Below, piece by piece: positions 1 to 11,200 of a DNA stretch of 48,953 nucleotides. Every line of letters starts with the position of its first letter. Position 1 is the first letter of the stretch. Under the pieces are notes generated by a model. That model saw nothing but the letters and a program-made list of their open reading frames with translations. It made no database searches and was not told the origin of the DNA. Source of the stretch: a virus (Duplodnaviria; Heunggongvirae; Uroviricota; Caudoviricetes); the IMG/VR virus record IMGVR_UViG_2579778802_000015. One strand, given 5' to 3'. The translations under genes were made by a program, and so were the position numbers.

Positions 1-1233
1 TTCATATATCCCTGATGAAAATAAGCCTTCGCCGTCAGCATAGACAGAGGACACGCCAAAAACATAAGAACCAACCGCATATTTCCCGGTGGAAACATTG
101 CCGTCCCTTCCGGCAACCCCCTGTGGGCCTGCCGGGCCAGCTGGTCCCTGCGGACCTGCAGGTCCTGTATCACCTTTTTGACCCCGGGGTCCGGCCGGGC
201 CTGCATCACCTTTGGGACCAGCTGCACCAGCCGGTCCCCGTGGGCCTGCGGGCCCCACTGCACCAGGTGCGCCAGGTTCCCCCCTGTCCCCCTTCGGTCC
301 GGGGACTGCTGCCCGGGTTGCTGCCTCTTCTGCCTTCGTTTTTGCTGCCTGCACTTCTGCCATTACCGCTTTCACAGCCTTTGGGGTTGCCGCTTTTGTT
401 TCATCATCGCTGTTGGTATCGCTGCTCAGCTGTACAACACCTTTCTGTAATGTGCTGGCATCCGGAACACTGGCGACACTGCCTGCGGGACCCGCAGGAC
501 CTGCAGGGCCGGTTTCTCCCCGAGGGCCTGCGGGACCTGCCGGACCTGTTGCGCCGGGTTCACCTTTATCCCCTTTCGGGCCGGTTTGCCCTGCCGGACC
601 CTGTGGTCCGGGTGGTCCGGCCTCTCCACGTGGGCCGGTGTCACCTTTCGGCCCCGGCGGTCCGCCCGGGTCACCTTTATCGCCCTTCGGTCCCTGTGGA
701 CCTGTTTCTCCCCGTTCTCCCTTTGGCCCCGGCTCACCTTTTGGTCCGACCGCCCCCGTTGCCCCGGCTGGTCCCTGTGCCCCTGTGGCACCCTGTGGAC
801 CTGTGTCCCCCTTCTCGCCCGCCGGTCCCCGGGCATTCTCTGCCCGTTTCTTCGCTTCCTCTGCACTCGCCGCCGACGCTTCAGCACGCTTCAGGATTTC
901 CGCTGCCACCGCTTCCAGCTCTGCAAGCGCTTTCGGGTAATACTGCGCCTCATCCTGTTCCATCAGAAATTTATTCAGCGTTCCCGGCTCAGAATCCGCC
1001 TTCACCAGAATGTCACCCACATATGACGGGGCGTACCCTTCCGTGTTCAGCGTCACCCGGTACCACCCCGGCTCCACATCAAAACTGTAACTGCCGGTTT
1101 CCCCCGGCTGCCCCTGCGCCACCGTGGTGACTATCACTGTCTCTGTGGTGCGTCGCGCTTTCAGCTCTATGGTGCATCCCGGCACCGGCTTCCCGGTGCC
1201 GTCCTTCAGCACGCCCGATATTCTGACTGTCAT
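1..1233 (-). CDS. stf: Side tail fibre protein, N-terminal part; gene runs off the window start
   Basis: Minus-strand frame from ATG at 1233 (SD GGGAGA upstream) reads [28 protein letters not shown]..., then long collagen-like Gly-X-Y tracts. No stop before position 1, so it is absent from the ORF track. Confidence 0.8.
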   Translation of the reverse strand, partial: MTVRISGVLKDGTGKPVPGCTIELKARRTTETVIVTTVAQGQPGETGSYSFDVEPGWYRVTLNTEGYAPSYVGDILVKADSEPGTLNKFLMEQDEAQYYPKALAELEAVAAEILKRAEASAASAEEAKKRAENARGPAGEKGDTGPQGATGAQGPAGATGAVGPKGEPGPKGERGETGPQGPKGDKGDPGGPPGPKGDTGPRGEAGPPGPQGPAGQTGPKGDKGEPGATGPAGPAGPRGETGPAGPAGPAGSVASVPDASTLQKGVVQLSSDTNSDDETKAATPKAVKAVMAEVQAAKTKAEEAATRAAVPGPKGDRGEPGAPGAVGPAGPRGPAGAAGPKGDAGPAGPRGQKGDTGPAGPQGPAGPAGPQGVAGRDGNVSTGKYAVGSYVFGVSSVYADGEGLFSSGIYE

Positions 1234-1244
1234 AGATTTCTCCC

Positions 1245-1277
1245 ATAAAAAAAGCCCGCAGCAGTGACGCCACGGGC
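1245..1277 (-). terminator. Intrinsic terminator downstream of lom
   Basis: Minus-strand GC hairpin (GCCCG...CGGGC) followed by TTTTTTTAT, directly before the stf ribosome-binding site. Confidence 0.55.
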
Positions 1278-1383
1278 TTCAGGACAGTGTAACTTTACGT
1301 TTCCTCAAACGCAGTTCATCACATGAGGCGGATGAACCTGCGAATTATAACAATGTTTGCAGAAGATAAATCGTCATATACTC

Positions 1384-1983
1384 TCAGAACCGGTATCCGG
1401 TGCCGACAATAAACGCATCCGTACGCCAGTCACCACGTCCTGAGGCTTCATAAGCCAGGTCGACCACGATATTTTCTGTCGGGTTAATCTGCACGCCTGC
1501 ACTGTATGTCAGTGCGGTATGGCTGCGGCGTCCGCTGTCCGAACGGGTCAGGTGCTCCTGCTTTTTACCCTCATCTGACGTGAGGGTCACATAATCACCG
1601 GCAAAAGACGACACCCGGGCATACGACACTCCGGCCAGCGCATAAGCGCTGAACCATTCATTCACGCGCACAGATGGCCCCGCCATCACGCTGAACCAGC
1701 GGTTACGCACAGAATCCTCATGCCAGCGGGTATCGTTGTAGTGCGTTTTTTGCTCACCTTCAGCATTGGCATAACTGAATGACGTAATCAGCCCCAGCGT
1801 GTCCGTAAATTCATAACGGTATTTCACGTTAATCCCGTTCAGATCATCACTACCGGTAGTGTTCGTCAGGGCATGAAGATACCCCGCACTCAGCGTGGCC
1901 TGCTGCTCAGACGCCCATGCAGGCGCACCGGATACGGCCAGACAGATGGCTGCGGACAAAATGGCTGCACAAACTTTACGCAT
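1384..1983 (-). CDS. lom: Lom/Ail-family outer membrane beta-barrel protein
   Basis: 199 aa with signal peptide and C-terminal ...GTGYRF beta-barrel ending; located after J as in lambda. Confidence 0.9.
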   Translation of the reverse strand: MRKVCAAILSAAICLAVSGAPAWASEQQATLSAGYLHALTNTTGSDDLNGINVKYRYEFTDTLGLITSFSYANAEGEQKTHYNDTRWHEDSVRNRWFSVMAGPSVRVNEWFSAYALAGVSYARVSSFAGDYVTLTSDEGKKQEHLTRSDSGRRSHTALTYSAGVQINPTENIVVDLAYEASGRGDWRTDAFIVGTGYRF

Positions 1984-2050
1984 AATTACCTCTCGCTTTT
2001 CTGCAATAAAAAAGGCACCATTTCTGGCGCCCGTATCTGGGTTATAAAAT

Positions 2051-5000
2051 TCAGCTAATCGTGATGCCTGCAGTGGCTTTCTTCATCACCACAACCAGCA
2101 AATCGCTGATACTTGCTGTGGGATACCAGTTATTTACCAGCCATGCTGACACCGAAAACTCCAGTGTCATGTGACCGTGACCGGCAGGCATATCAATAAC
2201 GCCACTGTAAATCAGCGTATTATCCAGCGCGGTACGGTTATAAATTTCAGCACCGTTTTTCCGCACTATCAGACGGCATGAGGAGTAAATATCAGTATGC
2301 TCTCTCTTATGCTTAGCGCCACTGAATGCCACCGCCGGAATAACAATCTGCCGGTCAAACGGCTGATCGTCATAAACCCTGACGGTAATGGTCCCTGATG
2401 GCCACCGCTCCGGTGCACGGGAGTCCCGGGGGAAAGCTTTGCCCACTGTTTTAACGAGATCGCCTTCAATCTGGTTGGCGGACAGTTTTCCCAGAACCCG
2501 ACAGTTCTCGTTAATCGTGACGTTGTTGAGCGTCCCGGAGTTCGCATTCACGTTACCGCTGATATCGGCATTTTTCGCCGTCAGCCGCCCGTCCGGTGTC
2601 AGGGAAAATGCCGGAGGATTACCGCCGCTGGCAATGGTGGGAGCCGTCAGGCGTTTCAGGAACACGTCGTTCATGAATATCTGATCGCCCTGACCAACAA
2701 ACATCGGCTTTGTGTTGCCATTCGCAGGATTAATCATCGCAATCCTGTCTGCCGCCAGCAGCACCTGACTCTGCATGCCGTCAGGGGTGTTTTCAATACC
2801 GGCACCAATACCCGCGATATAAAGGCGTCCGTCCTGCATCTGCTGCAGCTTCACAGCCCACATGCTGTTCAGGTTATTATTTGTATCAACCTGAACCTTC
2901 TGTATCTGCTGGATTGCCGCACTCTGGTCTTTCAGTTTCTTATTGACAGTCTGCGTGATTTCATTGCTGACATCCGTAATGGACGTCCTGATTTCAGCCA
3001 GGTCAGGCGCAAGCTGACCGTTATCAATCTGCGTCCACAGCTCCTGAGCCAGATGTGTTTTCCCTATCTCTCCTTTGAAAAAATCCAGGTAACCTTCCGC
3101 ATCATCGCTCGCCCGACCGACAGCCTCCACGAATGCCGATTTGCCAACAGTATTCACACTGCGGATATAAAAATAATAATCATGGCCCGGTTTGATATTG
3201 ATACTGGCAGCTATCCAGTACAGCGCCGAGCCAAGATAGCGGGCTGCGGTTTCAACCTGCCTGATATCCGCAATCCGCTTTTCCGAGAACCAGAACTCAA
3301 ACTGTACCGTCGGGTCATAAACGGCAAGATGCGGCGTGGCGGTTATCTGAAAATAGCCCGGCGTCAGCTCAATAGTGACCGGTGCCGCAGGCGCGTTAAT
3401 CCTGAAGGTGGTGGTCGCAGGTTCGCCCTGCTGGCCATAACTGTTAATCGCCCTGACCGTCAGGGTGTATTCCCCCAGCGGCAGGCCGCTGAAACGGTGC
3501 TCCGTGTCTGCGGTGATGGCGGTGGTCACCAGTCTGGCATCCGTTCCCTTACCACTGGTCAGGCGCAGACTGAAGCGCACACCCTTCACCACCCGCGGCG
3601 TGTCCCATTTAGCCTGCGCCAGATACTGGCCGTCAGCTGCACTCACCTCCACCGTCAGGTGCTGTACTGCCGGTGGGATGACGCTGTTCAGGGAACCTGA
3701 CTGCGGCTCAAAGCGGGCACCGTTATCCACGATGGCTTCTTTTTCCGGTACGTGCTGCACCGCCGTGATGGCAAAGGTGCCGTCCGTGTTTTCCCGGACG
3801 GAGACACAGCGGAACAGGCGACGGCGCAGTGACGGCAGGGAGAGTCCCCACACACCGTATGTCTCCACACCATCCGGCAGGGTGCTGACCTGTATCCGGT
3901 CAGGCGCGGGGTGTGCGGTGATGGCCACGCTCGCCGGCTTACCGCTGCCGTTAATCAGATTAACAGTGGTCGTGCCGGTCTCCGGCAGTGTCACCTCCCG
4001 GTCCAGCGTCAGGGTACGGCTGGCGGCATCGATGGACAGGACACGTCCGCCGGTCATGGTCCCGGCATAGTCGTTATCACAGATTTCAATGATGTCACCG
4101 GGTGTGTGACGCAGCCCCTGTGACCCGAGCGTGAAATCCACCGTCTGCGTTTCCAGCAGTTCGGTCTTTATCACCCACAGCCCGGCACGGTGGGCCTGAC
4201 CGCGGCTGGTACAGCCGAACGCGTCCATCTTCAGCAGGTTGCGTCCGTAGCGCAGTATGGCTTCCGGGTCTTCCACCAGTTCCGTGGAGGTCTGCCAGCC
4301 GTTCTGCGGGTCGGTGTAATTCACCTCCACCGCCGTGTGCCGGTCCTTCAGGGCACTGAAGCTGTAGCGGAAACCCACGCCGTTATCATCCACCACCACA
4401 TCGCTGCTGGTGTACGGCCACACCACATCCGACGGGCGGTCCTGAACGAACGTCAGCGTCTGACCGTTCCATACCGGCATACAGCGCATCGCAGAGCAGA
4501 AATCACTGAGAACGTCCCACGCCTTACGCTGTTGTGCCAGGTACGCATTAAAGGTCATCCGCGGCTCGGTCCCCCCGAAACCATCCGGGACCGTCTGGTC
4601 GCAGTACTGCCCGATGGCATACAGCGCCCACTTGTCCACATCCGCCGCCCCCAGACGTTTTCCCATGCCGTAGCGCGGGTGAGTCAGCATGTCCCACAGA
4701 CACCAGGCCGGGTTGTTGCTGTATGCCGGTTTCAGGCTGCCGTCCCAGATACCGCTGTACGTGCGTTTTTCCGGGTCATAGTTTGACGGCACCTGGATGA
4801 TGCGACCGCGGATATGGTAGTTCACCGTCATCTGCTGGCCGCCGAACTGCTCCGCATCCACCTGCAGCCCCACAATGGCCGTGTTCGGGTAGCACTGTTT
4901 CACATCGATGATTTCGGTGTATGACGACCAGAGCGTCTTATTCTGCAGCTGGTCCGTGGTGCTGTCCGCCGTCTCCCTGACCATCCGGATGTTAAAGGGC

Positions 5001-5524
5001 CGGGGAGGCAGATTATCCAGAATCACCGACGCCAGGAACTGCGAGGTGGTCTTGCCGTTAATGGTGACATCCTTTTCCGTCATCCATTTACCACCACGCT
5101 CAAGCTGAATCAGCAGGCGGACAGACGTCGGGTTACGGTCACCCTTTGAGGTGGTCTCCACCAGTGACTGCACCCCGAAGGTAACCCGCAGGCGGTCAAT
5201 GTTCGCGGACGTAATGGTGCGCGTCACCGGCTTTGCCTTCGTCACTTCCACACCCAGTACAGTTTCAGCTCCGGAGGACTCAAAGCCTTCCGGTGGTGTC
5301 TGCTCCTGCTCCCCGGCGCGCCAGACCGCTGTCACACCGTGTATCACGGGATTACCGTCCGTGTCCGTCAGCGGGGTTTTGTTCACCAGGATACTCTGCA
5401 GTCCCTTCACCGGGCCTTCCACCGGTCCCTCACCACTGGCATCAATCACGCTCATCATCTGCGTGGATTTGAGATTATCCTTCGCCTCACGAGGTGTGTG
5501 TGCCTTACCGCCACCTTTTCCCAT
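2051..5524 (-). CDS. J: Tail tip / host specificity protein J
   Basis: 1157 aa; N-terminus [22 protein letters not shown]... and long colinear similarity to lambda J as recalled. Confidence 0.95.
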   Translation of the reverse strand: MGKGGGKAHTPREAKDNLKSTQMMSVIDASGEGPVEGPVKGLQSILVNKTPLTDTDGNPVIHGVTAVWRAGEQEQTPPEGFESSGAETVLGVEVTKAKPVTRTITSANIDRLRVTFGVQSLVETTSKGDRNPTSVRLLIQLERGGKWMTEKDVTINGKTTSQFLASVILDNLPPRPFNIRMVRETADSTTDQLQNKTLWSSYTEIIDVKQCYPNTAIVGLQVDAEQFGGQQMTVNYHIRGRIIQVPSNYDPEKRTYSGIWDGSLKPAYSNNPAWCLWDMLTHPRYGMGKRLGAADVDKWALYAIGQYCDQTVPDGFGGTEPRMTFNAYLAQQRKAWDVLSDFCSAMRCMPVWNGQTLTFVQDRPSDVVWPYTSSDVVVDDNGVGFRYSFSALKDRHTAVEVNYTDPQNGWQTSTELVEDPEAILRYGRNLLKMDAFGCTSRGQAHRAGLWVIKTELLETQTVDFTLGSQGLRHTPGDIIEICDNDYAGTMTGGRVLSIDAASRTLTLDREVTLPETGTTTVNLINGSGKPASVAITAHPAPDRIQVSTLPDGVETYGVWGLSLPSLRRRLFRCVSVRENTDGTFAITAVQHVPEKEAIVDNGARFEPQSGSLNSVIPPAVQHLTVEVSAADGQYLAQAKWDTPRVVKGVRFSLRLTSGKGTDARLVTTAITADTEHRFSGLPLGEYTLTVRAINSYGQQGEPATTTFRINAPAAPVTIELTPGYFQITATPHLAVYDPTVQFEFWFSEKRIADIRQVETAARYLGSALYWIAASINIKPGHDYYFYIRSVNTVGKSAFVEAVGRASDDAEGYLDFFKGEIGKTHLAQELWTQIDNGQLAPDLAEIRTSITDVSNEITQTVNKKLKDQSAAIQQIQKVQVDTNNNLNSMWAVKLQQMQDGRLYIAGIGAGIENTPDGMQSQVLLAADRIAMINPANGNTKPMFVGQGDQIFMNDVFLKRLTAPTIASGGNPPAFSLTPDGRLTAKNADISGNVNANSGTLNNVTINENCRVLGKLSANQIEGDLVKTVGKAFPRDSRAPERWPSGTITVRVYDDQPFDRQIVIPAVAFSGAKHKREHTDIYSSCRLIVRKNGAEIYNRTALDNTLIYSGVIDMPAGHGHMTLEFSVSAWLVNNWYPTASISDLLVVVMKKATAGITIS

Positions 5525-5628
5525 ACAGCCTTCCCCTGAATAAATTAACCGCCACTTGCCATTCCGTACAGAAGTCGGATATCCTTCGCCCGAAAAGCAT
5601 GAAACACATTTCTGCCATGCTAAAGAGA

Positions 5629-5663
5629 AACCCCGGTATCAGCAGATACCGGGGTTTTCTTTC
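5629..5663. terminator. Hairpin terminator, possibly bidirectional, in the I-J intergenic insert
   Basis: AACCCCGGTATC-agca-GATACCGGGGTT flanked by T-rich runs on both strands. Confidence 0.5.
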
Positions 5664-5726
5664 ATGCCCACCGATAATCCTGTTGGTTAAAACCGGTAAT
5701 GGCATAAAAATTCTGAATATCTTCAC

Positions 5727-5757
5727 ATTTTCACACACTGACTGTGGCGCTTATAAT
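5727..5757 (+). promoter_or_regulatory. Candidate sigma70 promoter (perfect -10 TATAAT at 5752-5757) antisense to the tail operon
   Basis: TATAAT with a weak -35 (TTTTCA, 18-nt spacer); an intrinsic terminator lies about 70 nt downstream on the same strand. Confidence 0.3.
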
Positions 5758-5822
5758 TTCTCTGCGTTAATTTTTTTGTCGTGATATAAGAATAATTCCT
5801 TACACTTAATCTTCGTAACTCT

Positions 5823-5869
5823 CCCGCAGTTCCTGTCCGCGATCACTGCGGGATTTTTTTATTCTTTTT
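5823..5869 (+). terminator. Intrinsic terminator on the plus strand in the I-J intergenic insert
   Basis: CCCGCAGT...ACTGCGGG hairpin followed by ATTTTTTTATTCTTTTT. Confidence 0.55.
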
Positions 5870-6548
5870 ACCCCTGCCGCCCGATAACCACGACCGTTCC
5901 GCCCCCGCCTTCATCACGGGTGCTGATGTCCTGGGATATACGGCGGGAGCCAACCAGCATTTCCCCGTAAGGCACCGGCATCGGGTTCCCCTGGGCAATC
6001 ATGTTATCCAGCGAGGAAAAGTACGTGTTCTGTCTGCCGTTATCCGTTGCGCGGTAATCCGGTGTTTTTGCCTTCGGGGCCAGCATCTGGGCCACACCGC
6101 CCAGAATCATGCTGGCTCCAAGTGAAAACAGCATCGTGGTGGCAGAAAAACCACCGGCTGCCAGGGCTGAACCCCATAACGCCATTGATGCCCCGGCAGT
6201 GAAGAAAGAGCCCACGATGGCTGCCGCCCCCAGCACAATCTGCAGTCCACCCTTTCCGGCCCCGGCCAGTCGCGGCACAATATGGATGACCGTTCCCTCA
6301 CCCAGTGGTTCGTGAAGGCGGGCATACACCGCCTCCGGTGCCGTATCCTCACCGGCAATGCGTATCTGGTACCAGCCTTCGTTCATCTGACGGCGAAAGC
6401 CCGGCACCTGTAACGACAGCGCCCGGATGGCTTCCGCTGCCGTGTTCACATACAGGCTGAGGCGGCGGCCAAATCGTTGTAAATCCCCGTGAAGGCAGAT
6501 GCGTGCCAGTGGCGGTGACGCCAGACAGAATGCGTTCGTCGTTGCCAT
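5868..6548 (-). CDS. I: Tail tip assembly protein I
   Basis: 226 aa; MATTNAFCLASPPLARICLHGDLQRFGRR... with glycine-rich hydrophobic middle; position between K and J. Confidence 0.9.
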   Translation of the reverse strand: MATTNAFCLASPPLARICLHGDLQRFGRRLSLYVNTAAEAIRALSLQVPGFRRQMNEGWYQIRIAGEDTAPEAVYARLHEPLGEGTVIHIVPRLAGAGKGGLQIVLGAAAIVGSFFTAGASMALWGSALAAGGFSATTMLFSLGASMILGGVAQMLAPKAKTPDYRATDNGRQNTYFSSLDNMIAQGNPMPVPYGEMLVGSRRISQDISTRDEGGGGTVVVIGRQG

Positions 6549-7189
6549 TTTTCGGAATACCTCTCCCGTTTACTCAGTTGTTCAGGCAGATGGTGAAGCA
6601 GCTCACCGTTGCCGCAGTAAATGGCGGCATGGTTCGGTACCGAAGCACCAAAGCAGCACAGCAGAATATCGCCCGCCTGTGCAGAGGACAGGGGCACCCG
6701 GTAAAAGCCGGTGACCGCCATATTGTCCAGGTAAAGGTTCTGACCGTTGCGCCACCAGTCATCCTCGCGATGAAAATCCGGCATTTCAGTCCCCGCCAGA
6801 TGATAAGCATCCCGGAACAGCGTGTAACAGTCCGTCACCCCGTGCTCAAAGCGCCGTCCTGTCAGATGTGGCACACAGCGGAATTTGTGAATGTCACCCC
6901 GGCAGACCAGCCACCAGGGCAGTGCGCTTTTTATCTGCAGCCGCCGGTCAGCCTCGCTCAGCCAGGGCAGCCCACCGGGATGACTGTGGACCAGTGCCAC
7001 AATCTCCCCCTGCATCTCTGCCCGCAGCCAGTCTTCCGGTGCGATACGAAAATACGCCTCCGGCTCTGCGGAAATATTCACACAAGGGATATACCACTCC
7101 CCCTCCGGCGTGCTTATCACGAAGCCGCACGCCTCCGCAGGCGCACACCGCCGGGCATGCGCCAGAATCGCTGATTCAGTCTGTGTCAT
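6446..7189 (-). CDS. K: Tail tip assembly protein K (MPN/JAB plus NlpC/P60-like), with a C-terminal extension overlapping I
   Basis: Starts MTQTESAILAHARRCAPAEACGF... (internal Met of the 334-aa track ORF); HSHP motif; the ORF continues about 100 bp past the I start codon in another frame. Confidence 0.85.
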   Translation of the reverse strand: MTQTESAILAHARRCAPAEACGFVISTPEGEWYIPCVNISAEPEAYFRIAPEDWLRAEMQGEIVALVHSHPGGLPWLSEADRRLQIKSALPWWLVCRGDIHKFRCVPHLTGRRFEHGVTDCYTLFRDAYHLAGTEMPDFHREDDWWRNGQNLYLDNMAVTGFYRVPLSSAQAGDILLCCFGASVPNHAAIYCGNGELLHHLPEQLSKRERYSEKWQRRTHSVWRHRHWHASAFTGIYNDLAAASACM

Positions 7190-7199
7190 AAACCGGGAT

Positions 7200-7898
7200 T
7201 TACTGCGAAAGTTTATTAATGGAAAGGAAACCGCCAAAATTGCCGACATTCCTGCGCAGTTCACACCCGCGCATGCACTTGCTGCATCTGTCCTTACGGA
7301 TATCCGTGGTGGGTTTATCGAACTCATCCGCCACAGCCCCGCCCGTGTAACCACACTCATCAGAGCGGTAGGTCCACATACAGGTGTTCGCCAGCATGAT
7401 ACGACCGGGAAACAGCGCCCCGTCCGTCTCGGTCGGTGTGGCCAGCACAAACGAGGCCGTCATGGCTGTCAGCTGCGACATCTGCTCCACCACCCAGCGG
7501 TCGCTCAGCTCCTGCTCCGGGTCCGCTTCCGGATTGCCCGCCACAAAATTCACCGCATCCAGAAAACGGGCATACACCCGGCGGCGGACCACCGTGGCCC
7601 CCACCAGACTCTGCAGGTCTTCCGCCATTCCGGTGACAAGACCAAACAGATTGGACACCGTCAGCGACGGGCGGGCACTGCTGCCCTTTCCGTTCATCTC
7701 AAAGCCACTCCCCTCAATCGGGTACGCCTGATATTGCCGCCCCTGCCAGGTCACCGGCTCCCCTTTTTCATTCAGCTCATTACAGAAAAAATACCGCTCA
7801 CCGCCCTGTACCGTCAGGTCGATTTCCCAGAGCACCACCCGCGGTGACTGCTCTGACTTAACCGACTCGTTCAGACTTTCTTCGTGAATATCCTGCAT
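7200..7898 (-). CDS. L: Minor tail protein L
   Basis: 232 aa, MQDIHEESLNESVKSEQSPRVVLWEIDL...; conserved Cys cluster; lambda L-like. Confidence 0.93.
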   Translation of the reverse strand: MQDIHEESLNESVKSEQSPRVVLWEIDLTVQGGERYFFCNELNEKGEPVTWQGRQYQAYPIEGSGFEMNGKGSSARPSLTVSNLFGLVTGMAEDLQSLVGATVVRRRVYARFLDAVNFVAGNPEADPEQELSDRWVVEQMSQLTAMTASFVLATPTETDGALFPGRIMLANTCMWTYRSDECGYTGGAVADEFDKPTTDIRKDRCSKCMRGCELRRNVGNFGGFLSINKLSQ

Positions 7899-8239
7899 CA
7901 GTTCACCACCTGCTCAATCGTACAACTGAAATCACTGTACCTGGCGTTATCTGTGACGCTCCACTCCCGGCACACCACCCTCACCGTCCGGTTATGTTTC
8001 GGTGGTCGCCACAAAAAGGCACGGTAACCACCATGCCACGATAAAAATTCATCCAGCCAGCGCCGGGTTGGTTCATCCGTCACCCGGAACACCGCCTGAA
8101 ACGTCTTCAGTCTGGCATTAAGTCCCGTCGGTCGGCGCTGTTCATAACCGTCACCAAACCGAACCCTCACCACCGACGGTTTCTCACTCACCTGCATCCC
8201 TTCACGCGGGACCAGATGCAGCGTTTTTATCTCAGCCAC
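7898..8239 (-). CDS. M: Minor tail protein M
   Basis: 113 aa, MAEIKTLHLVPREG...; position between H and L. Confidence 0.9.
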   Translation of the reverse strand: MAEIKTLHLVPREGMQVSEKPSVVRVRFGDGYEQRRPTGLNARLKTFQAVFRVTDEPTRRWLDEFLSWHGGYRAFLWRPPKHNRTVRVVCREWSVTDNARYSDFSCTIEQVVN

Positions 8240-11200
8240 TCAGCATTCCTCCGTCACGTCGCATGGACAGCATCACCGCCTGCACCCGCTGGTCAATCAG
8301 TTGCACAAGGCTGCCCGCAGCTTCCGGCCCTATCTGGCCATTAGTCCCGTCATTCTGAATGGCGATATGGTAGACCGGGGAATACACCAGACCTGCACTG
8401 CCGTTCATACTGCCCACCGCTCGCACACCCAGCGAGCCATCCGCCGCCCGGGTCAGGGGCATAATGGCTTCAGGACCGGCCTCCCCCATCAGTCCCGCCC
8501 CTTTTGCAAAGGCAAAGTACGTGGGCGTATCCACAATACTGTTGCTGTACGCACTCAGGTTTGCCGAGGTATACACCCCGCCTTTTGCATTGGCCACCGC
8601 ACCGCCCAGCCAGCTACCAATACTGCCGATAAATCCTCCCGCTCCGGACATACTGTTTGCCGCCGTCTTGATCCCGTTGACAATCGCGGCATTCATAAGA
8701 ACTTTTGATATTTCCTGCAGTACGGATGAGGCCCAGTTGCGCCATTCCACTTTGTTTCCGTTCAGCATCTCCGTGATGTTATTCACCAGTCCTGAAATCC
8801 CCTCCGTTGCCAGCTGTGCTGCCTGAGAGGCGTAATCGGATGCATTGTCCACCCAGTTACTGAGCCCCTCCTGCAAGCCTTTCTGCCAGTCCGCACGCTG
8901 CGCATCCGATTCGGTATAAAAGGCTGCCTGGTCCTTAAGGCGTTCGCTCAGATACTGCGCGTTCTGTGCCCGTGCCTGTCTGTAAAAATCCTCACTGATA
9001 TCCCCGGTCTGATACTGAGACTGAAGGTCCGCATCCTTCTGGCGGAAGCTGTCGCGGATCTGCTGCAACTCCCGCATGCGTTCCCTGGCTCGTTCTCCCT
9101 GCCCGTACCCCAGCAGTTCGGCTTCATTTGATGCACGCGCAGCCACATTATCATTCTTCAGGGTCTCTTCCCGGGATCGCAACTGTTCCCGGATTTTTTG
9201 CTGGTCAATCAGGGCCGCGTTACGCAGCAGTTCCTGCTTCTGCATCTCCGTCAGGGTTTTCAGTTCGCCCTGCGCAGTCTGGTACTTCAGCTTCGCCAGC
9301 TCTGTATTCTGACCCGCCAGTGCCAGTTGCTCTTTCTGCTGCTTCAGTAGCCGGGAAAAACTGTCTTCCGCTTTTTCCGTCTCTGATTTTCCACCCCGGG
9401 ATTTAGGTTTGTTCGCCTCGTTATTGCGCCAGGCTTCCAGAGCATTACTGATATAACGCTGTCTCGCCTCCTGATACGGTTCCCCCACAAAACCGAGGTC
9501 ATCCGCCGCATACCCCAGCCGGGCACGCTCTTTTTCCTCCCCCTTCAGTCTGGACAGGGCCAGCTCACGTTCTGTTTTTGTCAGGGCGCTCTGCTGTTTA
9601 TCATCCAGGGTGGCCTGTGGCAGCCGTAACGGCACATTCACCAGTCCCTGACGCTGCTGAAGCAGTTCATTACCCAGCCCCAGCAGACGGTTGAATTCCG
9701 TATGCTGACCGTTCATAACCAGCATGGACTGGTACACCTTATTCTGCTCTGCCGCCTGCTGACGAATTAACGCCACACGACGGTCTTCCAGCCCGGCAAG
9801 CACATCCTGAATGGACTGCGCTTTTTCCTGCATCTGTGCCAGACGGGACTGCTCAACGGCAAGCTGCTCTGTTGCCTGAGAAAGCCCTTCCGTCACGGTC
9901 TTCACCGATGTCAGATGGTTTATCATGAATCCGTCACCGGTTGTCCAGCCAGGGTTAGCCAGAACATACTGATATCCAGCGATTTTTTCCTGCAGGGATT
10001 TCACCCGGCTGGCCTGTTCATCAATCAGCCGGTTCTGCTCTGCCAGCGCCGCCCGTGTTCGTCCTTCATTATCTGAGGCTTCAGGCAAAGACATTGACGG
10101 CGTTTTATGCGCGATTTCATCTATCGTCAGTGCATACTGGCGCGCTGACTCCCTGGCCTGCTCCTGATTCTGGTACAGCGTATACCATGCTGCTGCCCCC
10201 AGCATCACCAGTCCGGGTACGCCACCAACCAGTCCCAACGCACCAGTCATCAGACGTGAGCCCACCGCCGTTGTACTGTTCAGCGCATTCTGGGCTGCGG
10301 TTCTGGCAGCAATATTTCTGTTCAGGCGTTCCTGTGTGGCCGCCAGACGGGCTTCTGCAGCAATCTGCATCTCCGTCCCGCGGGCTGCCGCCACAGCCTG
10401 CTGTGCACGGTACACGGCTGCCCTTGCCCGCGCCGTGGCAATCTGCGTCCCCCTGAGCTGTGCTTCCGCCAGTGCCACTTCATTACGTGCTGCCGTCACA
10501 AGTCCTGCCGTGGCAGACACCGCTCCGGAGGCCATATTGCCAAAGTACCGGGCAACCCCGACGGCAACCAGCGCCCCCGCTGCTGTTGCCACATTATCAA
10601 TATTACCGGCAACACCGTTCAGCACGCCGGAGAGCGTTTTCGTCGCTCCGCTGGCTTCATTCGCGCCACCCACCCAGGCCATAAAGGCGTTTTCCACCTT
10701 TGTGATCCCGTCAGAGACCGTTTCCGGCATGGCGGCATATTCATCACGCAATACCCCCAGCTGGCTGATTAACGCAGGAACGACTTTATCCGCCGTCAGT
10801 TTGCCGTCGTCCGCCATCGCCTTAAGGTCTTTACGGGCCACGCCCATACCCGCAGCCAGTGCACGTATGATCCGGTCTCCGCTTTCATTGACCGAATTAA
10901 ATTCCTCACCGCGTAACACACCCTGTGCCAGCGCCTGGCTGAACTGGGTGATCACCGAGCCCGCCTCTGCCGTACTGGCACCGGAGATTTTCAGCCCCGT
11001 GGAAATGGCCTCCGTCACCTTCAGCACATCATCAGCACTGTAACCATATTCACGCATTGAGGCTGCCGAGCGGGCAAACAGGGCCGCATTATCTGAAAAT
11101 GCCGTGCCCGTCCGCTGGCTGATATCCATCAGCACTTTCTGTGATGACGAAAATTCATCGGATGACTGCGACGCCTGTTTCAGTCGGGCATTCACGGAAC

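Noticed and set aside
15-1130. Long plus-strand ORFs (15-1130, 212-940, 178-450) with Pro/Gly-rich translations
   Set aside because: They are antisense read-through of the collagen-like Gly-X-Y repeats of the minus-strand side tail fibre gene; the real gene is on the minus strand and open to position 1.
6446-7450. 334-aa version of K and 667-aa version of NanS-p starting at the first in-frame Met
   Set aside because: Better starts with SDs and homolog-like N-termini lie downstream (MTQTES... for K at 7189; MAFKHYDVV... for NanS-p at 27234); the upstream extensions overlap neighbouring genes.
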